A stretch of 36,089 nt of DNA. It comes from a candidate division FCPU426 bacterium. Its GTDB lineage: Bacteria > Oederibacteriota > Muellerivitia > Muellerivitales > Muellerivitaceae. This document shows, piece after piece, positions 9,701-17,389 of this stretch; within the stretch, counting starts at the first letter, position 1, and every line of letters starts with the position of its first letter. The stretch is taken from contig CAVTWJ010000007.1 of the NCBI GenBank assembly GCA_963738405.1, forward strand, positions 1 through 36,089, in the 5' to 3' direction. The position numbers and the translations under genes are program-made. The notes under the pieces were generated by a model. The model was not told the DNA's origin. It did no database searches and saw nothing but the letters and a program-made list of their open reading frames with translations.

Positions 9701-12700
9701 AACTGGGCGACGATTGGTCCTATCTCCGGCTGGACCAGGAGGCCTTGAACCAATCCCGGTTCGATGTCGGGGGGGACCCTTTTCAATCCAGCGGGTGGGA
9801 CGCCTTCCTGAGTTCGGACCGGGGCCTTTACCGGCCCGGTGAAACGGCCAATTTCACGGCCGTCGTCAGGCACGCGGACCTGGAAATTCCGGCGGATCTT
9901 CCCGTCAACGTGACGATCCGGGACGGGAGCGGCAGTCAGGTGGCCAAATTGACGGCCAAACTCCAGGATTTCGGCATGGCCACCTTCACCTTCCCGATTC
10001 CTGAAGACATCACCACCGGCATGCTCAACGTCGAATTGGGCCTGGAAAACGGCGTCCATTTGGCGAACACCACCATCAAGGTCGAGGAGTTCATTCCCAA
10101 CAAGATCAAGGTGGAGGTCCGCCCCGCCAAGAAGACCACCGCCCCCGGGGAACAATTGGCCTTCGAAGTCGCCGTCCGCCAGCTCTTCGGCGCCCCCGGA
10201 GCCAACCTGAAGGTGCATACGGCCGTGCAGTTGAGCGCTTTGGAATACACCAACAAGAATTGGAAGGGATACCAGTTCTCCGATCCCACAAGGCAGTTCA
10301 ACGGGGAAGACTTGAAGGTCCCCAGCGGCACAACGGACTCGGCGGGCAATTTCGACGTCCAACTGCCCGTTCCCATCTCCATGCTTCCGCCTTCCATGCT
10401 GCAGGCCGAGGTCTATGCCGAGGTGCTGGACACGGGCGGCCGTCCCGTGGGCGCCAACGCCGCCATCAATGTCCACCGCTATCCCTATTACCTGGGCTTG
10501 AAGTGTGAAGAGGGCAAGGAAGTGGCCCCGAATAAAAAAGTCCACATCAAATACGTGGCCATCACCCCGGACGGCGAACCCACCAAGGTGGAAAAGGCCG
10601 ACCTGATCGTGAAGCGCAAGATTTGGTATTCCATCTTCCGCCGCAGCGGGTGGTCCGGCGAGGGCTATGATTCGGACTATTACGAACAGGTGGTGGATGG
10701 CAAGGAAATCGACGTCGACGGCAAGGGCGCCTATACCTTCACCCCGGACAAGCCGGGCGAATACACCATCTATCTGGGCAATGAAGAATCCATGCGCAGC
10801 TCCATCCGGATCGCCGTCTCCGGGCCCGAGGAAAAACAGGCAAATGCCGGGGAATCCACCGACCTCGGGGAACCGGACAAGCTTTCCCTCAACCTCGACA
10901 AGACCCAGTACCAGGTCGGGGAAATCCCCAGCCTGGAAGTGCGGGCGCCCTTCGCCGGGCGGTTGATGTTGTCCATCGAGCGGGAAAAGGTCTTCTACAC
11001 TTCCACCGTTCCCGTGGCCGCGGGATTAAACGTCGTTCCCCTTCCGGCCGTCGCGACCGCCTACCTGCCCAACGCCTATGTGGTGGGCCTGTTGGTGCGC
11101 AAGCCCGACGAGTCCCTCCGCAACCTGCCCATGGCCTCCTTTGGCATCATTCCCCTGGGCATCGATACCTCCAGCCATGAAATCGACCTCAAGTGGAAGG
11201 CGCCCGAATCGGTGAAATCCCAGGAGGGCATCGACGTCAACCTGTCCACCGGCGCGCCGGGGGCCAAGGTGGTCCTGGCCGCGGTGGATGAGGGAATTCT
11301 TCAGATCATCGCCTTCACCACGCCCGACCCCTTCAAGTATTTCTACCGCAAGAGGGGCCTGACGACCTCCACCTTGAGCCTGTTCGAGGATATTCTGCCC
11401 GACCTCGACCGCAAGGACGCGGTGGGCGGGGACGAGGGCGAATCGTTCCAGTTCCGCCACTTGAACCCCATCGAGGCCAAGCGGGTGAAATCTTTCGCCC
11501 TCTTCTCAGGGATACTGACAGCCGATAAAGAAGGGAACCTCAGCTACCATTTCCCGACGGACAAGTTCCACGGCGAAGTTAGGGTTATGGCCCTGGGGGT
11601 GGAGGAAAACAAGTTCGGGGCTTCCGCCTTCCACGTGAAGGTGGCCGATCCGGTGGTGGTGGAGCCTTCCTTCCCGCGGTTCATGGCGCCCGGGGACCAT
11701 ATCGACGTGCCGGTTTTGGTTTACAACAATACGAAGAAGGCCCAGACCATCAAGATCGCCCTCTCCTCGGACGGCCCGGTGGCGGTGGATGGCGAGAAGG
11801 AACAGGTGTTGAAGCTGGGTGAAGAGGGACAGCAACAGATCCTCTTCCACGCGAAAGCCAACATGGACGCGGGGGTGGCCCATTTCAAGGTGACGGCCAC
11901 GGACGATGAAAACAACAGCTTCGACGTGGATACCGAACTGGCGGTAAGGCCCGGTAACCCCCTGACGACCCAGATCAGCTTCGGCCAATTGTCCGGCGGG
12001 GGCAGCCAGGCCCTCTCGGTCCCCGGCGGTTTCATCAAGCAGGGCCAAAAGGTCCGCCTCACCGTTTCCTCCAGCCCCCTCTTAACCTTCTTGGGCAGCA
12101 TGGACTATCTCATCCATTACCCCTACGGCTGCGCCGAACAGCGCACTTCCCAGGCCTTCCCCCTGCTTTATTTCAAGGACATGGGTCTTTTGACCGGCCG
12201 GTTCGAGGGCCGCGCCAACGCGGTGGAGATGTACGTCCAGGCCGCGGTGGATGACCTTTCCAAGATGCAGTTATCGGATGGAAGTTTCGCCCTTTGGCCG
12301 GGGGAACAGGAAAACGGCGGGGATTACCTTTCCCATTACGTTTCCGAATTTCTCCTCACCGCCCAAAAGATGGGTTATCAGGTGAACCCGGATGTGATGA
12401 ATCGAATCCTGAACCGTTTGGGGGCCATCAAGGTCACGGGCCAGGGCGTGGGACGGCTGGACCGGCGCCAGCAGAACGTGGAGATCGAGGACAGCGCCTA
12501 CGTGCTTTACCTGAAGGTCTTGGCCGGAAGAACCGACGCCGAATCCATGGCGGCCATGCGGGATCAAATGAAAGACCCCAAGGCCCGCAGCCTTTCGGAC
12601 CGGTGCTACCTTTCCCGTGCCTATTCGGCCATGGGCGACCGCTCGACGGCCCTCGCGATCCTTCCCGTCCATTACCTGCCCACCAACCTGGCAAGGGAAC

Positions 12701-13533
12701 TGGACGGCGATTGGTTCTCGCCCAACCGGGAAATGGCCCTCTATCTGTTGGCCCTCACCGATGCGGACCCGCAAAACGCCGAAATTCCAAAGTTGATTAT
12801 CGAGTTCGGCAAGACCCTTCAGCAATCAGGCCGGGGCTGGTTCGGCACCACCCAGGAAGACGCCCTTTGCTTCATGGCTATCGGCAAGGCGGTCCAGGCC
12901 ACGACCCTGGCTTACCCTTTAAGCGCCCAGTGGTCGGTGAAGGGGGGAACCCCCAACGCCCTGGCGGGGGAAACCGCCGTGGTCAAGGACGAGGAGCTTT
13001 CCGGCAAAGACGTCAGCCTGAACAACACGGGCAGCCGCAACCTTTACTATCACCTCATGGCTGAGGGCACCAAATTGAAAAGCGAAAAGGAATCGGTCTC
13101 CAACGGGCTTTTTGTCAGCCGCGAGTATCGGGATGAGACAGGAAGCACGATCAACCTGGGATCGATCTCCCAGGGCCAGCTGGTGGTGGTGACCCTGCGG
13201 GTGAAATGCTCTAGGCCGCTCGATAACCTGGTGGTGGTGGACCTGCTTCCCGCCGGGTTTGAGGTGGATAATCCCCGCTTGTCCTCCAGGGGCAACCTGT
13301 CTTTTGAGCCGGATTGTACCTTCCAACCCGCCTTCCAGGATTTCCGGGACGACCGGGTGCTCTTGTTCTCCCGCAACGTGGAAGGGGACCAGACCTTCTC
13401 CTACAGCGTGCGCGCGGTCACGCCGGGTTCCTTCCAGGTGCCGGGCCTGGAGGCCGAGGCCATGTACGACCCACAGATTTACGGAAGGTCCAACGAGGGC
13501 CAGACACTGGTCATCGCGCCGGCCAAATACTGA
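6712..13533 (+). CDS. Bacterial alpha-2-macroglobulin (YfhM-like, intact thioester) with N-terminal polytopic membrane extension
   Basis: 2273 aa, RBS AAGGAGGGG. Motifs TDLGL, DRGLYRPGE, VEEFIP, LAAVDEGIL, PRFMAPGD, thioester YPYGCAEQ, VVVDLLPAGFE, RDDRV, RAVTPG..AEAMY; directly upstream of pbpC. Confidence 0.95.
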   Translation: MSSKKVWNAWAVISVVLILMSALPNWMNHPQVVSLIQHQNLWLFLSLFIGVGLLRRIFLKLPFRLAEGFFTAVLISFLTPKCFDRVPSSLSHLKIVWFTALALSLYALILLGWETAQDALKKIPALKKVNIGILLMLFTGASLAVCLMGLPPTYFPLVLFLGFTPLVRYYFMNRDPEITKAFALFFLTDWLYRSFPEVSGYTDWAWLHNFQGLWNTAFLLHHFLLSALVFLFWEKLKEPKAQRGRIYLSLFAILPMLPFHYFGFGNWAWPVQILVLGLLWGWNPWLKPHAKEVFLSLWSLAALLMIQANTGSWLIPMGLLVLTFATAQVRTQYFKLPQALLRALAFYGVGGWATTLYSSGDNPWILAGHLILSGLFLVFWERMREEKHRNLRAWIWIYALLPIPFMLFKKNLIWALQVLVLYLTRFYQSLGAAGKLGKDGLPEVDWETKWNAIQKSPLYQKTARFLKQKGKQGGEGIVEISKNPAARKGALGLLALAAAWAIFTLVYDFSTTHIISFTPQGIITTPNTVIRAKFSDDVQAVGSLDSAFEIVPTLPGTTRLEDSNTLVFTPSAPLKPASAYQVKLDVSGKLKSNKWFVQGSSKTAFATEPLKVVSSRLFYTYDLIKETEKELVGEIEFNYPVEMNVLKQNLSVARAGSPLNYELEQGTLPTRFFFKAGGLERETEPQVLTLTVDPALTCVDGGKPLGDKYQNTVTLPAKPKMLVNEIKLHHVPGNTLISILFSLPASADQVRNNVTIEPALAFKVDTEYCYAVLKADFQPNIDYKIHVKEGLRAESGEALEHPSEQIIRLEDIQPSVRFGDSGRLIPLEGGKIVAVKTMNLDNYWVYVNKIFRNNIVQYLKNNYDAGLGANVWNGKVDVKGGQINQETETDLDFSKWHAQAYKGIFNVTLNGSNGGGRDSRVFLCTDLGLMLKHSGDDLLVQVLSISKLTPGAGVKLQLISENNQVIQEKETDLEGRAWFTDWKNNPYNFRPFVIVAELGDDWSYLRLDQEALNQSRFDVGGDPFQSSGWDAFLSSDRGLYRPGETANFTAVVRHADLEIPADLPVNVTIRDGSGSQVAKLTAKLQDFGMATFTFPIPEDITTGMLNVELGLENGVHLANTTIKVEEFIPNKIKVEVRPAKKTTAPGEQLAFEVAVRQLFGAPGANLKVHTAVQLSALEYTNKNWKGYQFSDPTRQFNGEDLKVPSGTTDSAGNFDVQLPVPISMLPPSMLQAEVYAEVLDTGGRPVGANAAINVHRYPYYLGLKCEEGKEVAPNKKVHIKYVAITPDGEPTKVEKADLIVKRKIWYSIFRRSGWSGEGYDSDYYEQVVDGKEIDVDGKGAYTFTPDKPGEYTIYLGNEESMRSSIRIAVSGPEEKQANAGESTDLGEPDKLSLNLDKTQYQVGEIPSLEVRAPFAGRLMLSIEREKVFYTSTVPVAAGLNVVPLPAVATAYLPNAYVVGLLVRKPDESLRNLPMASFGIIPLGIDTSSHEIDLKWKAPESVKSQEGIDVNLSTGAPGAKVVLAAVDEGILQIIAFTTPDPFKYFYRKRGLTTSTLSLFEDILPDLDRKDAVGGDEGESFQFRHLNPIEAKRVKSFALFSGILTADKEGNLSYHFPTDKFHGEVRVMALGVEENKFGASAFHVKVADPVVVEPSFPRFMAPGDHIDVPVLVYNNTKKAQTIKIALSSDGPVAVDGEKEQVLKLGEEGQQQILFHAKANMDAGVAHFKVTATDDENNSFDVDTELAVRPGNPLTTQISFGQLSGGGSQALSVPGGFIKQGQKVRLTVSSSPLLTFLGSMDYLIHYPYGCAEQRTSQAFPLLYFKDMGLLTGRFEGRANAVEMYVQAAVDDLSKMQLSDGSFALWPGEQENGGDYLSHYVSEFLLTAQKMGYQVNPDVMNRILNRLGAIKVTGQGVGRLDRRQQNVEIEDSAYVLYLKVLAGRTDAESMAAMRDQMKDPKARSLSDRCYLSRAYSAMGDRSTALAILPVHYLPTNLARELDGDWFSPNREMALYLLALTDADPQNAEIPKLIIEFGKTLQQSGRGWFGTTQEDALCFMAIGKAVQATTLAYPLSAQWSVKGGTPNALAGETAVVKDEELSGKDVSLNNTGSRNLYYHLMAEGTKLKSEKESVSNGLFVSREYRDETGSTINLGSISQGQLVVVTLRVKCSRPLDNLVVVDLLPAGFEVDNPRLSSRGNLSFEPDCTFQPAFQDFRDDRVLLFSRNVEGDQTFSYSVRAVTPGSFQVPGLEAEAMYDPQIYGRSNEGQTLVIAPAKY

Positions 13534-13542
13534 GTTTTCGGC

Positions 13543-13572
13543 CGCGCCCCGGGATTCGTTTCCCGGGGCGCG
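13543..13572. repeat. Intergenic GC-rich hairpin (12-bp stem) between A2M and pbpC
   Basis: CGCGCCCCGGGA-TTCGTT-TCCCGGGGCGCG perfect stem; no U-tract after it on the + strand, so more likely mRNA-stabilising or REP-like than an intrinsic terminator. Confidence 0.6.
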
Positions 13573-13617
13573 AACCTCCCCCCAAAAGGGTAGTCGTTCC
13601 ATCCTAAAACGGTTTTA

Positions 13618-15999
13618 ATGCTTCCCATGAAAAAACCTATTTGGAATCCCGGGAAATGGTTTTTCCGGCTTTTACTGGCCCTCTTCTGTTTTTATGTCCT
13701 CCTGCGGGCCCTGCCCCTTCCCATTCAAAAGCTCAAGGGCGATTATTCCACCGCCTACCTGGCCTCCGATGGCAGCCTTCTGCGCCTCAACCTTTCCAAA
13801 AGCGGCAAGTACCGCTTGCCCCTAAAGCTCGAGGACATTTCCCCCCAGGTCGTTCAGGGCTTCACCGCCTACGAAGACCGCTGGTTCTACTGGCATTACG
13901 GGGTAAACCCGGTAGCGCTGGCCCGGGCCCTTTACCTGGATCTTTCCCGCCGCAAGGCGGTCACCGGGGCCTCCACCATCACCATGCAGGTCGCCAAATT
14001 GATTGACCGCAGGCCCCGCACCCTTTGGGCCAAGATGATTGAGGCCTTCCGGGCCATGCAGTTGGAAGCCCGCTATTCCAAGAAACAGATTTTGGAGTTC
14101 TACCTCAACAGCGTCCCCATGGGGGGCAACATCGAGGGGGTGGGGGCGGCCTCCCTGCTTTATTTCGGCAAACCCGCCAAACTGCTTTCCTGGGGCGAGA
14201 CGGCGCTTCTGATCAGTCTTCCCCGGTCGCCCGCGGCCCGTCGCCCGGACCGTTATCCCGAAAAAGCCAAGGCGGGAAGGGACCGGGTGCTGGCGCAAAT
14301 CCTCCCGATATTAAACCCGCCCCAAGCCGAGGCGGATGAAGCCTACCATTCGTTCCTTCCCAACGGGCGTTACAAAAACCCCAATCCCGTTCCGCACCTT
14401 ATCCGTCGGGCCTCCGCGCTTTCCAACCATGCAGGGGGGGTGGTCCAGCTGGCCCTCCAACCCAACTTGCAGGGGCTGGCCGTGCGGATGCTGGAAGCCG
14501 CCATCGAGCCTATCCGCAACCAGGGCGTCCATAACGGGGCCGTCGTCATGGTGGACAACCACACGATGAAAGTGGTGGCCTACGTGGGCAGTCCCGATGA
14601 CACCGATCCCCATGGGGGCCAGGTGAACGGGGCCAACATTCCCCGTTCGCCGGGATCGGCCTTGAAACCCTTCCTGTACGGGTTGGCCATCGACCATGGG
14701 CTGATCACCCCCAAGACTGTTCTCTTCGACATCCCGCGCGATTACGCCGGTTATAAACCCACGAATTACGAGGGCAAATACAGCGGGTTGGTCACGGCGG
14801 AAGACGCGCTGGCCCATTCGTTGAATATTCCGGCCGTGGGGTTGGAATCTTCCCTGGAAACCATGGGTACCGACGGCCTGGTCTTTTGGATCAAGCAGGC
14901 CGGCTGTATCGGGCGGGGCCGGGGCCAGATGGAACCGGGCCTCTCGGTGGTCTTGGGGGCCTATCCCATGACGGTGGAGGAAATGGTAAGGATTTACGCC
15001 GCGCTGGCCAACGGCGGGCGCATGAGGGCCTTGAGGTTTTTCGAGGGTGAAAACCAGGCCCAGGAACAAGGTAAGGAACTGATTTCCCCCGAGGCCAGTT
15101 ACCTGGTGTCCGAGATGCTTTCCAAGGTGGAACGCACCGATATTCCCGCCTCCTGGGAATTTTCGCCCACCCGGGGAAAGGTGGCCTTCAAGACCGGCAC
15201 TTCCTTCGGCCACCGGGACGCCTGGTGCGTGGGCTACAACCCGGATTACACCATCGGGGTCTGGCTGGGCAACGTCGACAACCAGGGTTCCCCGGCCCTC
15301 ATCGGGCACGATGCCGCGGCGCCGGTGGTGATCAACCTGTTTGACGCCCTGACCCGCTCCACCGACTCCTGGTTTAAGAAACCGCCCGGCATCCAGACCC
15401 GCAAGGTTTGCGCCATTTCGGGCGAGCCCGCGGGGCCCGATTGCGACGACGTGGTGGACGACCTGTTCATTCCCGGCGTCAGCGACAACACCGCCTGCCC
15501 GGTTCACCAGAAGGTTTGGATCAGGAAAAAGGACGGCAGGGAAGTTTGCCGGTACTGCATGACGGGTCCACCAACGGATTATTATTCCAAGATCTTCGAG
15601 GTATGGCCCCCGGACGTGACCCGATATCTCAGAAGCCACGGGAAAAGGTTCGATCCCATCCCCCGGCATAATCCCGACTGCGCCTATTTTTATTCCAGGT
15701 TCAAACCCCACATCACCTCACCCAAGTCGGGCGTTAAGTACGAGCTTCAGCAAGACTTTGGAACGGAAAACCAAAAGATGTCTTTTTCAGTTCAAACCGG
15801 CCCGGACGTGGATAAGGTCTATTGGTTCGTGAATGGGAAGCTTCTGGGGCAGTCGAAACCCGATCAATCGTTCTTTTGGGCGCCCGAACAGGGCAAATGG
15901 GAAGTTTCGGTGCTGGATTCCCAGGGCCGGGCGGACAAGGTGCAAATTCTGGTATTTGATAAGAAGATCGAGGATATAAAACAGAATGGGCCTCACTAA
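13618..15999 (+). CDS. pbpC: Penicillin-binding protein 1C
   Basis: 793 aa. Transglycosylase motifs EDRWFYWHYG and GASTITMQVA; transpeptidase SALK (SxxK), SLN and KTGT; C-terminal YWFVNG PBP1C domain; canonical position after an A2M gene. Confidence 0.95.
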   Translation: MLPMKKPIWNPGKWFFRLLLALFCFYVLLRALPLPIQKLKGDYSTAYLASDGSLLRLNLSKSGKYRLPLKLEDISPQVVQGFTAYEDRWFYWHYGVNPVALARALYLDLSRRKAVTGASTITMQVAKLIDRRPRTLWAKMIEAFRAMQLEARYSKKQILEFYLNSVPMGGNIEGVGAASLLYFGKPAKLLSWGETALLISLPRSPAARRPDRYPEKAKAGRDRVLAQILPILNPPQAEADEAYHSFLPNGRYKNPNPVPHLIRRASALSNHAGGVVQLALQPNLQGLAVRMLEAAIEPIRNQGVHNGAVVMVDNHTMKVVAYVGSPDDTDPHGGQVNGANIPRSPGSALKPFLYGLAIDHGLITPKTVLFDIPRDYAGYKPTNYEGKYSGLVTAEDALAHSLNIPAVGLESSLETMGTDGLVFWIKQAGCIGRGRGQMEPGLSVVLGAYPMTVEEMVRIYAALANGGRMRALRFFEGENQAQEQGKELISPEASYLVSEMLSKVERTDIPASWEFSPTRGKVAFKTGTSFGHRDAWCVGYNPDYTIGVWLGNVDNQGSPALIGHDAAAPVVINLFDALTRSTDSWFKKPPGIQTRKVCAISGEPAGPDCDDVVDDLFIPGVSDNTACPVHQKVWIRKKDGREVCRYCMTGPPTDYYSKIFEVWPPDVTRYLRSHGKRFDPIPRHNPDCAYFYSRFKPHITSPKSGVKYELQQDFGTENQKMSFSVQTGPDVDKVYWFVNGKLLGQSKPDQSFFWAPEQGKWEVSVLDSQGRADKVQILVFDKKIEDIKQNGPH

Positions 16000-16405
16000 T
16001 TGGCCGTGAGATTGGTAGTATTACTACCACTCAAAATAAGGGAAATAATGATTTTCTGGCAAAATGCGAGAATTTGAATAAACCCCTTATTTTTTGCGTT
16101 CAGAGTCTGAACACGATTTTAAAGGGTTTTTGAGGTTGAAATTCTCACGGCCAATTAATGGTCATGTCCTGACGTTTAATTGGCCGTGAGATTGGTAGTA
16201 TTACTACCACTCAAAATAAGGGAAATAATGATTTTCTGGCAAAATGCGAGAATTTGAATAAACCCCTTATTTTTCGTCCTCAGCGGGTGAGGATCATTTT
16301 TAAGGGTTTTTTGAAGAGTTTTGTCTAAATGTATACATGATGTATAGATTCAATTTCTTACGGCCAATTAAATTATTTAAAATAACTTAATTGGCCGTGA
16401 GAAAT
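15997..16405. repeat. AT-rich nested palindrome / direct-repeat array
   Basis: 15-bp TAATTGGCCGTGAGA at 15997(+), 16143-16157(-), 16177(+), 16356-16370(-, 1 mismatch), 16388(+). 98-bp exact direct repeat 15997-16094 = 16177-16274. Several internal palindromes. Confidence 0.95.
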
Positions 16406-16420
16406 GGCAAAGGGGGTGCC

Positions 16421-17032
16421 ATGGAAGAACAACCATCCATTAATGGCTTTCTAAAGGAGTTCCTGGGTTGGGGTAAACCCAAGCCCAAACCTTCAGAACC
16501 GGCCCCATCCCAAGCCCCAAACCCACCTACCCCGAGGCCACACCCCAGCTCCGAGCCTACTAGGCGAGGAGCAAGCTTTGGCAGTACCGGCCCGTCAGCT
16601 AAAGGGGCCGGTATAGAGGGGTGGGATTTGGTTGCCCCAATTGCAAAGGGCAATGGGGGTACCGCGAGGTCACCCCAACCTAGGTCCGAAGCCTATCTCA
16701 ACCGCCGAAAAGGCCGAAAGGTCCATGACTCCGCATGGGGCTATCTCAAGGTCATTTGCCCCTACCTGCTGAGTAAGGGGGAGGTATCGCCCGGGGAAAT
16801 AGCTAGGGATTTGGGGTTGCCCAAAAGCACCCTCAAATACAATTTGAATAACCTATTGGATTACTGCCAAAAGCCCCAAACGGACCGTTCGGCAGAATAT
16901 GTCGTTAAGGAACTTTTGAAGGGCCATCGCGTGGTTCGGGTGGGGGCGGGTAAGTATGTCCGGTATAAGCTAATACCTGTACCCCCTGATTTGCCACCTG
17001 GCCTGCCCCCCGGCTCCCCCACCGAAGCTTAA
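16421..17032 (+). CDS. Winged helix-turn-helix protein with Pro-rich disordered N-terminus
   Basis: ATG 16421 with RBS AAAGGGGG (the track starts at TTG 16391 inside the repeat). C-terminal GEVSPGEIARDLGLPKSTLKYNLNNL (HTH) and RVVRVGAGKYVRYKL (wing). Confidence 0.75.
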   Translation: MEEQPSINGFLKEFLGWGKPKPKPSEPAPSQAPNPPTPRPHPSSEPTRRGASFGSTGPSAKGAGIEGWDLVAPIAKGNGGTARSPQPRSEAYLNRRKGRKVHDSAWGYLKVICPYLLSKGEVSPGEIARDLGLPKSTLKYNLNNLLDYCQKPQTDRSAEYVVKELLKGHRVVRVGAGKYVRYKLIPVPPDLPPGLPPGSPTEA

Positions 17033-17207
17033 GCGTAGGTGGGAGGAAATCAAACTCGATTCTTAGTACGAATAAGCGCCAAATATAGGGCGGTTTTGTG
17101 GAACCATAGTATGGGGTGGTTTGTTTGGCCGATTAGGTTAATTCTAAGGGTTGTTCACGCTTGTGATCGCTGAAATTTTAGAAAACGGGATAATGGGCAC
17201 TGAAGGT

Positions 17208-17232
17208 TGTCCACTAAATCGGGGGAACTCCA
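17208..17232 (-). mobile_element. IS3-family-like terminal inverted repeat (orphan end, element interior to the left)
   Basis: Minus strand reads TGGAGTTCCCCCGATTTAGTGGACA: 5'-TG terminus and TAGTGGACA core resembling the E. coli IS3 end (recalled as TGATCTTACCCAGCAATAGTGGACA). No transposase seen. Confidence 0.5.
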
Positions 17233-17263
17233 GCCTGGCCCCTTTTTTGTACGGGCGAGTTAA

Positions 17264-17308
17264 GGTCTGGTCTGAAATTCGTTGAAATTTCTATTTTCAG
17301 GCCTGACC
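17264..17308. repeat. REP-like imperfect inverted repeat
   Basis: GGTCTGGTCTGAAA (17264-17277) pairs 12/14 with TTTCAGGCCTGACC (17295-17308); shares the GCCTGACCC/GGGTCAGGC motif seen at 17233-17242 and 20472-20480. Confidence 0.45.
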
Positions 17309-17389
17309 CCGTTCAAAGGAGAATTTGAAGTTTAAAGTGGAATATGTTGGCTAGACACTATCTGTTTATTTCTTTTGGGAGGTCCTGTT

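Noticed and set aside
13543..13572. Rho-independent terminator between A2M and pbpC
   Set aside because: Strong stem but no downstream U-tract, and pbpC is normally co-transcribed; kept only as a hairpin.
7828..15711. Long antisense ORFs (7828-9510, 9553-10545, 11506-12048, 14311-15711 and others)
   Set aside because: Shadow frames opposite well-supported GC3-biased genes (A2M, pbpC); no recognisable motifs.
15997..16405. CRISPR array, integron attC or dif interpretation of the repeat array
   Set aside because: Repeats alternate in orientation, the long unit is 98 bp with only two copies, and there is no cas or integrase gene; no RYYYAAC/GTTRRRY ends and no convincing XerC/XerD consensus were seen.
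17125..17132. Partial TTGGCCG matches to the 15-bp site (also ACGGCCAA near 34301)
   Set aside because: Only 7-8 bp match, which is expected by chance.
15997..17300. Chromosomal oriC
   Set aside because: AT-rich, but no cluster of TTATCCACA DnaA boxes and no dnaA-type neighbours.
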